From the NCBI RefSeq assembly GCF_009914755.1, contig NC_060927.1: a stretch of 64,000 nucleotides of DNA. One strand, given 5' to 3'. Within the stretch, counting starts at the first letter, position 1. Every line of letters begins with the position of its first letter. Source of the DNA: the human T2T-CHM13v2.0 reference genome, Homo sapiens. This document shows positions 28,085 through 42,138 of this stretch, in pieces. The notes under the pieces are model-generated. The model was given only the letters and a program-made list of their open reading frames with translations, ran no database searches and was not told the origin of the DNA. Position numbers and translations under genes: made by a program.

Positions 28085-30727
28085 TGATTTTTTGAAGAAA
28101 TTAGACAAACTTATTCTAAAATTAATAAGGAAATACAACAGACCTAGAACACCCAAATCAAATTTGACAAAGAACAACAAAGTTGGAGGACTTACAGGGC
28201 TTGTTTTGAGACTTATTAAAAAGCTACAATATCAAAAGATACAGAGTTTCGGTGAGATGGGAGGATAAGTTCAAGAGATCTATTGCACAGCATGATGATT
28301 ATACTTAATAACAATATACTGTATTCTTGAAAAATACTGAGATTGGATTTTAAGTGTTCTCACCACAAAAATTATACTGTGTGGTAATGCATATGTTATG
28401 TGGTAAAGCATATGTGTGGTAATGCATATGTTAATTAACTCCGTTAAGCCATTCCACAATGTATATATATTCAAAACATCATGTTGTATACAATATATAT
28501 AATTTTTTGCCAATTAAAATTAAAACATTTTTTAAAAGCTACAAAAATCAAAACGGTGTGGTATTGGTCTAAGAAGAGACATATAATCCATGGAACAGAA
28601 TAGAGTTCAGAAATAGACCTGCAAGAAAGGGGAACCCTTGCAGACTGTTGGTGGGAATGTAAATTAGTACAGCCACTATAATGAATAGTATGGAGTTTCC
28701 TTTAAAAACTAAAAATGGAAATACCATATGATCCAGCAATCCCATTGCTAGGTATTTATACACAAGAAAAGAAATAAGTATGTTGAAGAGATATCTGCAT
28801 GCTCATTTTTATTATAGCACTATTCACAATGGCCAAGATTTGGAATCAACCTAAGTACCCATCAAAAGATGAATTGATAAAGAAATGGGAAAATTTTCAG
28901 TCATAAAAAAGAATGAACTCTTGTCATTTTCAACAACATGGGTGGAACTGAAAGACATTATGTTAAGTGAAATAAGCCAGGCACAGAAAGAGAAATACAA
29001 AATGTTCCTACTTATACGTGGGAGCTAAAAAGTATCGAATTCATGGAGATAAAGAGTGGAATAATGGTTACCAGAGGCTGGGAAGAGGAGAGGAGAGGGG
29101 GGATAAAAAAGGAACGGTTGGGTACAAAAATACAGTAAGATAAAAGGAATAAGATTTAGTGTTTGGTAGCAAAATAGGGTGGCTATAGCTAACAATAATT
29201 TATTGTATATTTAAAATAACTAAATGAATGCAATTGGAATGTTTCTAACACAAACAAATGATAAATGTTGGAGGTGGCTGATACCCCAATTACCCTGATT
29301 TGATCATTAAACATTTTATTCTTGTATCAAAATTTCACATGTACACCATAAATATGTACAATTATTATGTACTCAAAATAATTAAAACTTTAAAATTTAA
29401 AATTTAAAAATATTTATAAACAAAAAAGAAAAAAGTAAGTAGATCTACATATATATTGTCAGGCAATTTTCAATAAAGATGCTTAGCAAAATCCATGGGA
29501 AAAGACTAGACATTTAAAGAAGTGATGCTGGAAAAACTGGATACCCAAATGACCAAAAAAAAAAACCAAAAAGTCAATCTCCTCATTATTCTATACACAA
29601 AATTAAATCAAAAGGGATCATAGGTCTAAAACATTTACAAAAATATAAAGAATCTTATTTTTGCAACCTTAGGGTAGGCAACAATTTCATTACAAAGAGG
29701 CAAAAAACACTGACCACCACAAACAATTACATGAATAAGTCTTCATCAAAATTAAAATTTTCTGTTTATCCAAAAAATGTCATTAATTTAAAAAAACAGG
29801 CAAGCCATAGACTATACAAAATGTTTGCAATACATATGTTTGACAATAGGCTCATTATCTGGCATATATAAAGAACTCCTACAAATCAACAAAAACAGAC
29901 AAGTAATCCAATAAAATCACAGGCGAAAGATTTGAACAGATATTTAACACATACACATACACAAAGATATATAAATAGCTAAAATCAAACATAAATGTGC
30001 TCAACCTCATTGATCATCAGGAAAATGCAAACTAAAACCAGAAAGAAGTATCATTACACCTCAAAGGCTAAAATCGGAAAGACTGACAATACCAAATAGT
30101 GGCAAGGATGTGGAACGTCTAGAACTCTCATATACTGCTTCTGAAAGTGTTAAACAGTACAATTTTGAAGAACTATTTGGTGCTTTCTTTAACAGTTAAA
30201 CATACAACTACCTATAACCCTGAAACTCTATTTCTAGGTCTTTATCTAAGAGAAAAAAGTTATAAACATTTTTGTATGGGTCTTTTTGTAAATAGGTTTT
30301 CAACAGTGTTAAGAAATTCCAAATCTGGAGAAAACGTAAGTGTTCATCAACAGGACAGATAAACAAATTACGGTGTAGTCATATAATTTAACACTGCCTA
30401 GCAATATGAACAAATTACTAATACACACCACGTGGGTGAATCTCATAGATATTTTGTCATGGAAAAAAAGCCAGCCACTAAAGAGAACATGTGTTTGATT
30501 TAAATGAAGTCAAACAACAGGCAAAGTAATTTATAGTGACAGAAATCACCAGTCTACGTCCTGGGGCAGAGAATTGTATAGAAAGAGGCTTAAGGGAACA
30601 TTCTGAGGTGAGATAAATGTTCTAACTCTTGTTTGGGGTGGAGGTTACACATGTGCCAAAAGCCACTGAACTAGGCACCTAAAGATGTGTACATTTTACT
30701 ACATGTAAATTATATGTCAATAAAAAA
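28085..30727 (+). mobile_element. Ancient L1M fragment with two nested L1MA-type 3' ends (about 28238-28533 and 28621-29436)
   Basis: The host ORF2 sequence resumes after each insert. TSD-like repeats AAAAGCTACAA..ATCAAAA and AA(A/G)TAGA(C/T)CT. Confidence 0.75.
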
Positions 30728-31579
30728 GAGAGAATTGTAGTGTGGATGTGAGAATTGTGTCTGTATTTGTGAGGAAGCCTATAAGGCATTGCTTTATTTT
30801 CATATAACATAATGAGCATAGAACATTTCCAAAACAAGTCATGGTTTTTCCTGATATTTCTCTTCCTACATCATTACTTGTAGCATTTTCACAGCCTTGG
30901 GAGAAATTCAGTCAACAATTAACCAGACAATAAAAGCAAAGATGTTCACAAAAATATTGTCCTTTAAAAATACATCATTTTCTACATGGCTTAATTTAAT
31001 CTCCTAGCAGAGGATTGCAGACACATGACTTTAGTGGTGTGCTCAGCAATTGTAAATGACATATGGTATAATAAAAATAAAGCAACCCAGATAAATAAAT
31101 AGCACATTTTTTAATTTGCATTAAAAAAATGAGAATCTAGATGCTTACATATCTGTTCAATTCTTATATGCTCAACTTTAAAGACATCTGAGAATTTATG
31201 AAAAATATCAGTATCTGTCAATGTCTGCTAAAAATCATAGATTAGAAAACTACAATAAGAATTTTATAACAAAGAAGTGAAGTTATGAACAGTTTGTGAA
31301 TTTAAAAAATAATATTTGCTAATAATTGCTCTACCAGCCTGCTCCTCCAAAGTAGATGGAATTTAAGATGACACTTATGTATGCCATATTTTGACTCTGG
31401 CAATATCAAATTATCATAGGAATCTTTTTTTAGATTCACCAAAAGCTTAGAGAAAATTTTTAGGACTCACTACATGAGCATTTACTTATTGTCATAAGCA
31501 TGAAACAATTTACCAAGATCAGATATTTTTTTTGGAAAATAGTTTGGGTAGGAATGTGGAAGATGGCTAAGGGAGGGAG

Positions 31580-31835
31580 ATGATCCCTGATAATCTGGAT
31601 GGAACTGATTTAATCAGGTGGCAGGTCTCCAAAGTGGAGCTGAGGCATCTCTGAGATGAGGAAGAGATTCAGCCTGTGGAAAACAGCTTCAGCCCATGAC
31701 CAAGATTTCCAGCCTGTTCCTCCTGCCAACCATCCCTATGGATTTTGCACTTGCCTCGTCAGTCCCCACAATCATGTAAGCCAGTTCCTTGCAATAAATA
31801 TCTGAATATGTATCTACTGCTCGTTCTGTTTCTCA
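31580..31835 (+). mobile_element. MLT2-type (ERVL) LTR fragment
   Basis: CCCCACAATCATGTAAGCCAGTTCCTTGCAATAAAT...TCTGTTTCTC. Confidence 0.6.
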
Positions 31836-33845
31836 CATTTTGTGCAGGACTGTCAATGTATATGACATATCAGCATCCCTGGCTGCTAACAGTGATAAAC
31901 AACAATTATACCACCCCACCCCCAGTACACACATTCCTTAATGGCCCCTAGTGGACAGTGCAGAGGTGATATACTGACTGAATCACTTGGTAGAAGTAAG
32001 GAAAAAACTAGAGACAAGAAAGTTGGATCTTGCAATGATATAATGCAAGATACTGAGAATGAGAACTGAAAGGATAAGATGGATTTGCCAGACATTTCAA
32101 AGACAGAATTAGTAGAGCTTGCTAACAAAATGAATACAGGATTTCAGAGAGAGTGAATTGAAGATGTCAAGGTTACAATTAAGGTGATATGAGGAGACAG
32201 AACATGGCTGATCAAGGGAGGAGAATCCATTCACTGTGGACTTGCCGAGCATAAGTACCTGTTAGACATGCAGGTGAATGTTCGGTTCAAAATATAGGTC
32301 TGGCACACAGAGAGACTGAGATCAGACAGGCAGCTTTGGTGATCTCCAGCAAATGGGTGTGGAAATTATGTTGCGAAACACATCCCAACATATTTTGCCT
32401 TCGCAGAAAATTTTGTGCACTTCTCCAGAGCTCTTTTCTTCTACTGTTAAGACCAGTTTATGAGGCTGAGATTTATAGACCCAGGAGAAGACAGGGGAAA
32501 AGAATACCTGGAGAAAAAGAAGGATATAATAGATGCAAGGGTAGCTTCTGGCAGAAAGGTGCGAACTGGAAATTTCTTCTGGAGCTCAAAATAAGAGCCT
32601 GCCAGAAGGAAGAGAAAATGAAAGAGCAAGTGCAAGCCTCCTTGTTTTTCCTTCTCACATCCACTCCAGCAGATGCGAACCTTGGGATTAGAGTTGGGCT
32701 GTTGATGGAGATACACGGAGAGTTTGAGGGGGAAACTGGGGCACAGACAGAAAAGACCGGGAGCTTTGAAGAAGCTTCATGATCATCATAACACTATATA
32801 CATAAGGCCCATGAGAGCAGAGGCCTTGTCTATTTTGCTAACTGTGGTATACTTTGTACACATAGTGCCTGACACCTATTAGGCACTCAGTAAATACTTG
32901 TTGAATGAATAATTGAATTGTAGGCACCTGGGACAGAAGAATAGAAAAGGATGAAGAAGGCACTGGAGCTGATGGGGCTGAGATAGGGTCCCCTAGTGCC
33001 AGTGAGTTCCCCATGGGCTGTGTGTGGTGTGGATGGGAATCCAAAGCCCCCATGTGTCTTGTGCCAATGTAGAAGACAGCTCTGGGGCTGGCAGGTGAGT
33101 TCACTTGGCCATCACTGCACTGAGGACCACAGAGTAGGCTGCTTAAACTAAGAATGCCAAGAAAGTCACAATCAAGACTCAGAGGATCAAAAATAGTAAC
33201 CCCAAGGGGAGAGTTGGGGCATCATGGGTAATTCTTTGGGTTTAAGCCATGATGATAAAAGAGGCCATGAGTTACAGATGCCATAAACATTTAATAAGGA
33301 CAGAGGTCAGCATCCAAAAATCACAGGGTTCATGTCATCTAAGTTCAGCAGGGGCCAATAGAAGAAGTCCAGAGCCCCTGCCCCTCTCTCATCGACATGG
33401 GGATGCTTAAGCTTTCTCCTGTACTCTGTTGCCATCTTCGGAAGAGGACACGGAGAAGAGAACCCTTGGGATGGCAAAGAAACTTTTAGACCAAAAGAGA
33501 ACGACATAATTGATCCTGACTACTACTACCATTTTCTGCTACCAGCACAAACAGGGGTTCAAAACAAAATGATATATAATTATAGAAAATAAAGTTTCCA
33601 TCTTGCACACCAATTTTTACCCAAATTCATATGAAATGAAATACCATGGGACTAGATGGAAACCAAGGGAAGCGTAAGAGAGGCAGAACCTTTAAAGTTA
33701 AAAGGCCAGGGATGGAAGAGAAAATGAGGAAGAGTATTCAAAGAGAGAAGACAGAAACCAGGACAGAGGAGTGTAATGGAAAACACTGGGGGGTAAAAAA
33801 CATTAAAAAGCGGGTATGTACAATAAGAAATAATTAGCCCATAGT

Positions 33846-33933
33846 GAGGCAGAGCTTGCAGTGAGCTGAGATTGTGCCACTGCACTCCAGCCTGGGCGAC
33901 AGAGTGAGACTCCATCTCAAAAAAAAAAAAAAA
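33846..33933 (+). mobile_element. Severely 5'-truncated AluY-type insertion
   Basis: Only the last ~70 nt plus poly(A); TSD AATTAG(CC/TT)CATAGT on both sides. Confidence 0.88.
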
Positions 33934-36900
33934 GAAAGAATTAGTTCATAGTCTGTCAATTTGCTTGTTAGGTATTTTGGAGAAATTCAACGTTTTAGTC
34001 CACGTTACCCACAGGATTTAATTCAAACAGCTTAATGAGGTATTCACAAACATCCATCATCTAGCTCCAGCCTACTTCCCCAGGCTTTTCAAACTACACA
34101 TATAAAAATATGCATTGTCAATCAGCAGACCCAATTTTTGGTCCTGGGGCTGTCCCTAACTAGCTGGATGAACTTGGACAAGTCTTTTAACTTCTCCTGA
34201 TTTCCCTTTCCTTGTGCAATTAAAACATAAAACAATTCCATTTCTAAGTTTGATTCTTAGTATTAAGTGAGCTGAGCTGGAGTTTCTGCACTTAACGTTA
34301 TTCTTTTCCATCCAGGAGTGACTTCCTTATTTAGTTATCAAGACCCTATCTTTGTTTGGCTCTGAGATCCTCCCTAGGCCTCATTAATTCATTTCCCTCA
34401 TCTCATTTATTTACCCAAAATGTTCGGAATCATTAGAAAGTTCCTCCTGCATATGCACATCTATCTTGTCTTTCCAAGTAGATTATCAGTTACTTCATGA
34501 ATGGGGTCATTGTTTATAATTTTTTATAAGCTTCACTATACCAAGCATAATGCCTTACATTCAGAAGACATCCAACAAATCCCTGTTCCTTCATTATTAA
34601 TTATATACCACAGGCATTTTCAATCTTTCTCTCTTTCTGTTATAGATGTGAAAGCAGTTCTCCAAACTGAACAAACTTATTAAACTAGTAAAAAGAAATC
34701 ATCATTCAGCCTTTAAATAGGGGTGGTGAAGATAAACTTCCTGTCAAATATCACTGGAAAAGTAGTTGTGATTCCTGCAAGTCTCACACTGACAGCATGC
34801 TTCTCTCATTAATTCTCTTCAGTCTCCCTGGAACACTCAATTCTGCTCCATTTGTACACATAGAAATATGCTTTTTTCACCCATTTAAATGTTAGCCTAA
34901 AGCTGTCTCTATAAAATCCCAATAATTCTAATGGAATTGAAGTTTTCCATTGATTCTCCAGGTTTTGTCAGGCTGAATTTCTTTAATACACACTATTGTA
35001 TTTGTTGGAAAAGATATAAGCAGTAGACTCTTCAGAAATGTCTTTAATTGATTTTTCTGCCAGGGATATAAGATCGAAAGGGTAATGATTCTCTGTGTTC
35101 ACTACACTGTGAACAGTGCCAAAACATGGATAACGATTTTCACTATTATGATGCCACAATACCCTCTACATGACAATATTCTAATTATTACACATTTAAG
35201 TTAAAATTTTATTTCCTTTTACTCTACATGATTCTTATCATTCTCAACTCTATACTCTCCTTATGATCTCTTATTTTAAGTTATAAGAATCAGAAAACAT
35301 TCTTCAAAAGGAAAGGTTTGGTTCACTTTCATAGTGGGTAAACCACAGTACATAGAGTGAACTTTTTAGTGAAGACTTCTCTGTTCTTCTAAAATATATA
35401 TTAGTACTTACGTTTACTAGGCCACTATAAAAATTGCCATAATTAAGAATAGACTAAAATATGAAAGTAAATAGAATACTTCCCCATGAAATAGAAACCT
35501 TTAATGTTTCTTATCAATTGTTTGCTTACCCACTAATTTGCAAAATTTCAGTAATTCACAGTGGATCCCCTTATTGATATTGGGAATTCATAAAGTTCTA
35601 CTGAACCCACTAATTTCTCTTTCCCTTGACTATAATTTATCACTGGATTGTGTAACTGCATTATTGATAATAACTGCTCTGGGAGAACTTTCCAGTATAT
35701 CTGAAATGAGATAATCATAATACTGCTTAAGAAAAAAAGAGTCATAAAATTTTACACCTATAATTTTTCTTCAGCAATGGTGTAGATGTAAGTTTTTAAA
35801 AATAATAATTGGTCCCCACTGAGAAAAATGCCAATTAACTGCATACTGTCTTTTGATGAAATGCAATCTTCCTTCTTGCTTCTTTAATAAAGCTGCATTT
35901 TTTCCTTTTAGTTAACATTTGGTTAACCTTGAAATGAAAATGTATCAGTAGACTTAAAATAGTGCGAAAGGAGAAAGTACTGTATGACTATTTAAAGCAG
36001 GAATATAAACTTTGCTTTGAAGTAAAGCATTTCTCTATGGTCCATAAAAACCTGAATGCTCAATGAGGGCACTGAGGCTGGCTAGCAGCAGGTGCTAATA
36101 TATATGCATTAACTGTATGCCTGACATAAGGATTTAATGTAGAGACTACTTGGACAAGTCAGCACTAGATTAACAAGTTCCATCAACAAACTATTCTTCT
36201 AACAAAAGCTATGCTCATTTATATGACTGATGCTATCTTACAATTTATGCCACTTTTAAAGTCATACAATATATTCAAACACATTAACTCATTTATCCTA
36301 GTACTCTCTGAGGTAGATAATATCCTCTACCCCTTAATTTACGGATGAGTATACAACCTCTGGAACATTAAAATCCCTCCCTTGGTTTCAGAGCTTTCCC
36401 TTTATTTTACCTGGCGATAGCCTGAAATCTATATTTCTAAAGCTAAAATGACTCTCCAAACACATATGGAAATACTGATAGAGGAAATTATATGGTATCT
36501 GGGATTTACTTCAAAATAATCTGGGGAAGGAAGGAAGTAGGTGGGAATAGAGATGATACAGGATTAGCCCTTAATAGCTAACTGTTGAAGCTGGGATGGG
36601 TACAGGAAGTAATCTTTGCATTTATAAACGTTTGAAGTTTTCCATAATAAAGAATTTTTTAAGCTGAGAAGTGTAAATAAATAGATAAGTAATGGTCCTT
36701 CTCAAGGTGTTTTGCTAAAGATAACAGACTTTCTGCTGTTAGATTGTAAACTAATGCCACTCAGCCCCAAATCAGCCACATGAATCTAATATGAAATGAC
36801 TCTTTCACATACAACTGGAAATAAGCTAAGTAACTCTGCAGTGCAGAACTTAATAATAGAAGGCCCCAAATACCTAAGATATATAGAAATAGCTAAATCT

Positions 36901-38186
36901 CTTGCATTTTAGTCTACTAGGAATACTCTATTTAGAATGCAACATGACATACATAGAATGATGCATTGTTGCCTAGTTATTATGAAGTCAGGTAGTAAAA
37001 TAAAAAGCAAAGTGAGCTCTAACTCCCCTTCTGAGATTTAACTGTGTTCAGTAAGGGCTATAACTCCAAGTTATATGCTCCTTTACATAAACATATAACT
37101 TAAATAATCATCATGGAATGTTCTGCAAAATTACATCTAGGCTCAGCATTTAAGGCAATGAAGATGAAAGAGTTTCCTTCCCAAATGAAAACTAGATTCA
37201 GTCTTCAACTTCTGGATTCCAAATACCTTAAGACAAACCCACTAAACAGTAGTACTTTCCTTCTTTTCAGAAAGCAGTTCACTGGAAACACTGTTATTCA
37301 AGAAATCAGAACTGCCTCTTTGAGACCAACTTCATACATAATTTTACCAGCTGAGATGGAGCAGGTCCTTAGGATCCTGGGAAGGAATTTAATGACCAGG
37401 TACCCTAAGAAAGAGTTTTATGATCCAATTGCCTTGGGCCCACCCCCAGAACAGGAAAAAAAAAAAAAGGATGAAAGTCCCCTTACCAGGTCGCCACTGG
37501 GTGGAGGCCCAAAGCATGAGCAAACAACAGAACACTGATTGTGATTGCAACAAAGACACAGAAGAAAGAAAATAAGAGACAGCAACAAGAGCATCACTGG
37601 CACCATTGCTTGCACATGTGGATATTTGTAGCTTTGGCATCTCTTTTCCAAGCAATGTTCAGAAATATACTTAAATATCAAAACAATCTAAAGGTTCTTG
37701 GCAAGAAAAATAAGACATATTCTGATTTGAAGCATGGCAACATTATTAATACCACAAATGGCAATGAAAGAGATTGCAAAGTACAATACGAAAAATTTTA
37801 AAGGCAAATGTTATTTCCTTCTCTGAATTAACTCACATATTCATACATATTCCCAAAAGTTGCAGTCAGATTGCTGAAGAAATTAAATATAAGCATTCAC
37901 TGCTAATTTTACAGTCTGTAACTTAAACTTCGCTAAGAGAACTTTGTGATACCTCGATTTTTGCAAAAATAAAATAAATTATGGATTCATTCTTAGGAAG
38001 GTCAGTTATATTTATTTTAATTTGTATATAAGATACAGAAATGGATATAAATATGTAACTATACTACTGCAATATTGCATGTAACTATTTTTCTAACTTT
38101 TGATGAATGTTCCTTAAAACAAGCATGAACAACTTCAGACAGCCCATTAGAGTGCATCATGAACCGATTGAAATATTTGCACTTAC

Positions 38187-38400
38187 GTGAGATAGAACAG
38201 CCAGCTCATGGTGACATGTGACGGTGTTCCGGTTGGCTTCCATAAAATACCTTTGTGTGCGTCTTCGTTCCCGTTCTAGCTTCTTTTCCAAGGACAACTG
38301 GGATGTAGATAAGTTGTCTAAATATTTCATCATGACATCTGATATCATCGAACTGACTTCTACAATATCTGGACGAGCTTCCGCATCAGGAGTGAGGCAC
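38187..38400 (-). CDS. NEK10: NEK10 exon C (214 nt): (R)CLTPDAEARPDIVEV...SLEKKLERERRRTQRYF...ELAVLSH; kinase subdomain XI plus coiled-coil-like segment
   Basis: Acceptor tcttag|G and donor CAC|GTAAGT. CLxPDxxxRP is the subdomain XI motif. Overlaps ORF 38157..38558. Confidence 0.95.
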
Positions 38401-39049
38401 CTAAGATAACATGAGATAATTATAACACTCTGGTCAATGTTGGGAGCAGGCCACAGAGTGTAAAGGGTCAAGGTTAAACTCCACTGTGTGTCCACTATGG
38501 TATTTTCACCTAAGATAACCTGGGATAAGATGGATATCAAGCACAGCTTTGAGTCCAAGACTTCTCAAAAGGCATTTGGAAAGCTAAGGAAGGAAAAGGA
38601 GTCAGCGTTATTCTCTTTGCACTTGGGCTGGAAGGTAAGGGTTCCAGGCTGAGCATGAAGATGCTCTTCGGGTCTCAGGATGGGCAGATGGGACCATCTT
38701 CTCCTGCATGGGTTGGCTGCTTTCTGAAATCACTGCCAACTCACTGGCAGGTGGAAAAAAAAAAAAAAAAAGCCCAGTGTCTAAACCTTTCATTAGTGTG
38801 GATATTCTAAATTCTTAGACTGCAGATGTTTAAGCTGCTTCAAGGTAATATTAGCAGCTGAACTATCAGCTGAACTTTTTTAAAAATAAAAAAAAAGCAA
38901 CGTAAACTAGTTTTATAAATTATATAGCTACATATTATGGTACATGGGAATGGAAATGACCTTCGTTCTCCTAGCATATAGTCATCTCCTTGCCCAAGGT
39001 TACTCTCCTGGTCCTGTATTTGCCATCACTGGAAAAGGCACCACAAAGA

Positions 39050-40120
39050 AGATGCAGTTTAGCATCATAACTCAGCATGCAGGCTCTGGATCATTTTGCT
39101 GGGGTTTAAAACCTCATTTACCATTTATTAGTCAGATCCTGGGCAAGTTACATAGCTTCTAAGACTCAGATAGCCCACCTGTAAAATGGGATAATTATAG
39201 TACCTACCTCATTAAACTGGTATGGTGTTTGAACGAGGTAATCTCTGTGAAGTGCACATGCATTGTAAAATTTCAATAAATTGAAAAGAAAATCCACACT
39301 TTTATGTATCCTCCATCCCTTCCTACATTTAACAAACACCAAGTCCTGTGACTTCTACTTTCTAAATATTTCTTGAATCCACATCCTTCCCCTGTAATCC
39401 CACAGCTATTTGGCTATTACAACGTCACTTACTTGGACTACTGAAAGAGTCTCCTAAATAACACACTCATTTCTTGCCTACCTCTGGTCTGTACTGTAAA
39501 CTGCTAACCAGAATACTATTCCTAAATCTGACTATATTATTTCTCTACTCAAAATTCTTCAATAGTTCTCATGGTCCAATAGGATAAAATTAAAATTCCC
39601 AGAATGCTATACAAGGTCTCTCTTGAACTGGCCCTTAACTTCCTCCACTCTTTCCCCTCCTCCAGCAACACATCCAATGCGGCTACCTGCACTTCCCCAA
39701 ATAGCACCTGTCTCTCCTATACCCCCATTTCTTTGCTTATTTTATTCCATATGCTTGATTTTTTTTTTTTTTTTTTTTTTTTTGCCCATGGTATCTTATC
39801 TTTCCCAGCCATCATCTCAGCCATCATCTCTTATATACTTGCCAAAATCCCACTATTTTTCCAGGCTCCATTAGGAATACTTTTGGACTGCCTTCAGACA
39901 GATATCCTGAGCCCCTTTTGTACATTCTTTTTGCACCATTTGCACTTAAGTACTTAAAACTATTGTAATTATTTTACTATAATGGTCTGTTTCACCACTA
40001 GACTGGAAACTTCTAGAGAAGAGGGACATGTGTCCTCTTCACTATGATCTCCCAGCATATACAATGGAATCTGAGTCCTGATAGGTATTCAGCAAATGAA
40101 CGAATGAATCAATGAATAAA
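39050..40120 (+). mobile_element. MIR (about 39050-39280) and degenerate L2 (about 39310-40120)
   Basis: MIR core CTGGGCAAGTTAC...CACCTGTAAAATGGGATAAT; L2 end ...AATGAACGAATGAATCAATGAATAAA. Confidence 0.55.
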
Positions 40121-40284
40121 TCCACAAACAAACTCAGCGTAACATCTAAAAAGTTTACCTACCCATAACCCAAAATATTTGGCCATAGACTTTTGGATTC
40201 CCAGGAACATTTCCTACCAGAAGTTCCAGGATAGTCTCGTTGCTCTGAAATGACTCCCTGCTTAGGCATTTCAGAGAAATTCTT

Positions 40285-40571
40285 TTTTTTTTTTTTTTTT
40301 GAGACGGAGTCTCGCTCTGTCGCCCAGTCTGGAGTGCAGTGGCGCAGTCTCGGCTAACTGCAAGCTCCGCCTCCCGGGTTCAGGCCATTCTCCTGCCTCA
40401 GCCTCTCCTAGCAGCTGGGACTACAGGCGCCCGCCACCACGCCCGGCTAATTTTTTTGTATTTTTAGTAGAGACGGGGTTTCATCGTGGTCTCAATCTCC
40501 TGACCTTGTGATCCACCCACCTCGGCCTCCCAAAGTGCTGGGATTACAAGGGTGAGTCACCGCGCCCGGCC
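40285..40571 (-). mobile_element. AluY with a 12-bp left-arm deletion (AluYd-type)
   Basis: GAGACCA^CGATGAAACCCC lacks TCCTGGCTAACA. Perfect TSD TCAGAGAAATTCTT at 40271-40284 and 40572-40585. Confidence 0.88.
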
Positions 40572-42138
40572 TCAGAGAAATTCTTAACAGCAACTGAATC
40601 AGAGTCATAATACATGCTAAAGATTGTCTACCAATGATTCTGTAAACAAATAAGCATAAAATCTGGTCCTAAAAAAATTGAGGATATTCTCACCTCATCC
40701 ACTTTGTCCCCACTCCACTCTGAAAGGCCAGATGGAAAGAATTAGAAGGATACCTTATTCAATTACATTCATGTCATGTTTTAAGATACAAAGAATTGAA
40801 AGGGGTGAAAAATATAAAGATCCATTTGTCCTTGGAGCTAGCTGAAAGTATTAACTTTGTTAGTCCTCATGACTGCTTCTGAAGCAAAGCACCAGGCAGC
40901 TTATGCAACCAGGCACAGAGAAAGAAAAATAAGGCAATGATTTTAATAGAATATTTTATGCATAAAAGGAAATGTTCTTCCTTTTTAAAAAGTAAACAGA
41001 CAATATTCTCTTAATAGTACACTAGTAGGTAAAAATAGTAATCCTAGTACCGAGCAGAACAAAAAAATATATTTATTTTCTTCCCCAAACTCCTCAGGGT
41101 TGCTAAGTTATTCTCCCAATTTGAAGGCCTGCTAGGAAAGACAAGTTTCAATAACAAATGTGCTTGTATACCACATGAGCAAACAGGAAAAAGGAAAGAT
41201 GCTGCACATTAGAAATGCAAACTGTGTGAGCTCTACTTGACAAGGATGTGAAAAATAATGAGAAGATAGTAAAATAGAGGAAAGAAGATATATATGATTA
41301 GAAACAATATAATTTTTAGGAATGATTATAATAAACATTTCTGTCAAGAGCTGTCTTCTATTTCAAAGGCTCTATCAAATTACTAAAGATTGGCTGTGAG
41401 CCTGATCTTTTGCTGAGTCATAAATGATCATTAAGAATACTTGCCTTTATGTGTCCCTTGCATTGTTGCTTTAAGAAAATACAAAATTTGAGTTTGTTCC
41501 CTAATTCTTTCAGAACTCAATTTTTTAATACTGAAAATCCAAAGCAAATTAAATATGCAATTGCATATAATTCATGATTGATTTCAGTTTTAAGTCAAAT
41601 TTTCTAAAGATAAAACTTTATTTGGAATGTAAACCCAGACAATGAGGAGTCTTAACTTTAAATGAAAATAAATTTATTACAGAATGCACCCTGCAATCTT
41701 AATTTATTATCAGATATAAAGTTGAATTGTCAGTTCTAACTTATTGTGGCATCTTAGTATTTTGAACCAAAAGCAACCTCAAATTGAGAAGCTCTTTCCC
41801 TCAGCAAAGCCTTCACAGATACTGGTCTGCGAAATGCTGCTTACTATTTGAGAGTTAATGAATGTTCCAGGTCTCAGATTACACGTCCTTTTTTCAGAGA
41901 AACTTTTCGCCAATTCCCAGAGTAAGACAGGTCCTTCTGTAATCTCTCATTGCCCCCTTTACCATTTTTCATCACATTTATCACAATTTGCTTTATAAAC
42001 TTCATTCTGTACATAATACAATATCATTATTAATACTAATAATACCTAATTTTATAGAGTGCCTACCACTTGCTGGGTACTGCGTTAAGTGGGTCAGAAG
42101 CACTATCTTATTTAAGCTTTAAAACAAGCCCATGAAGT

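Noticed and set aside
32336-37801. ORFs of 148 aa (32336) and 141 aa (37113) on the plus strand
   Set aside because: No recognisable domain or splice support; consistent with chance ORFs in intron or decayed repeats.
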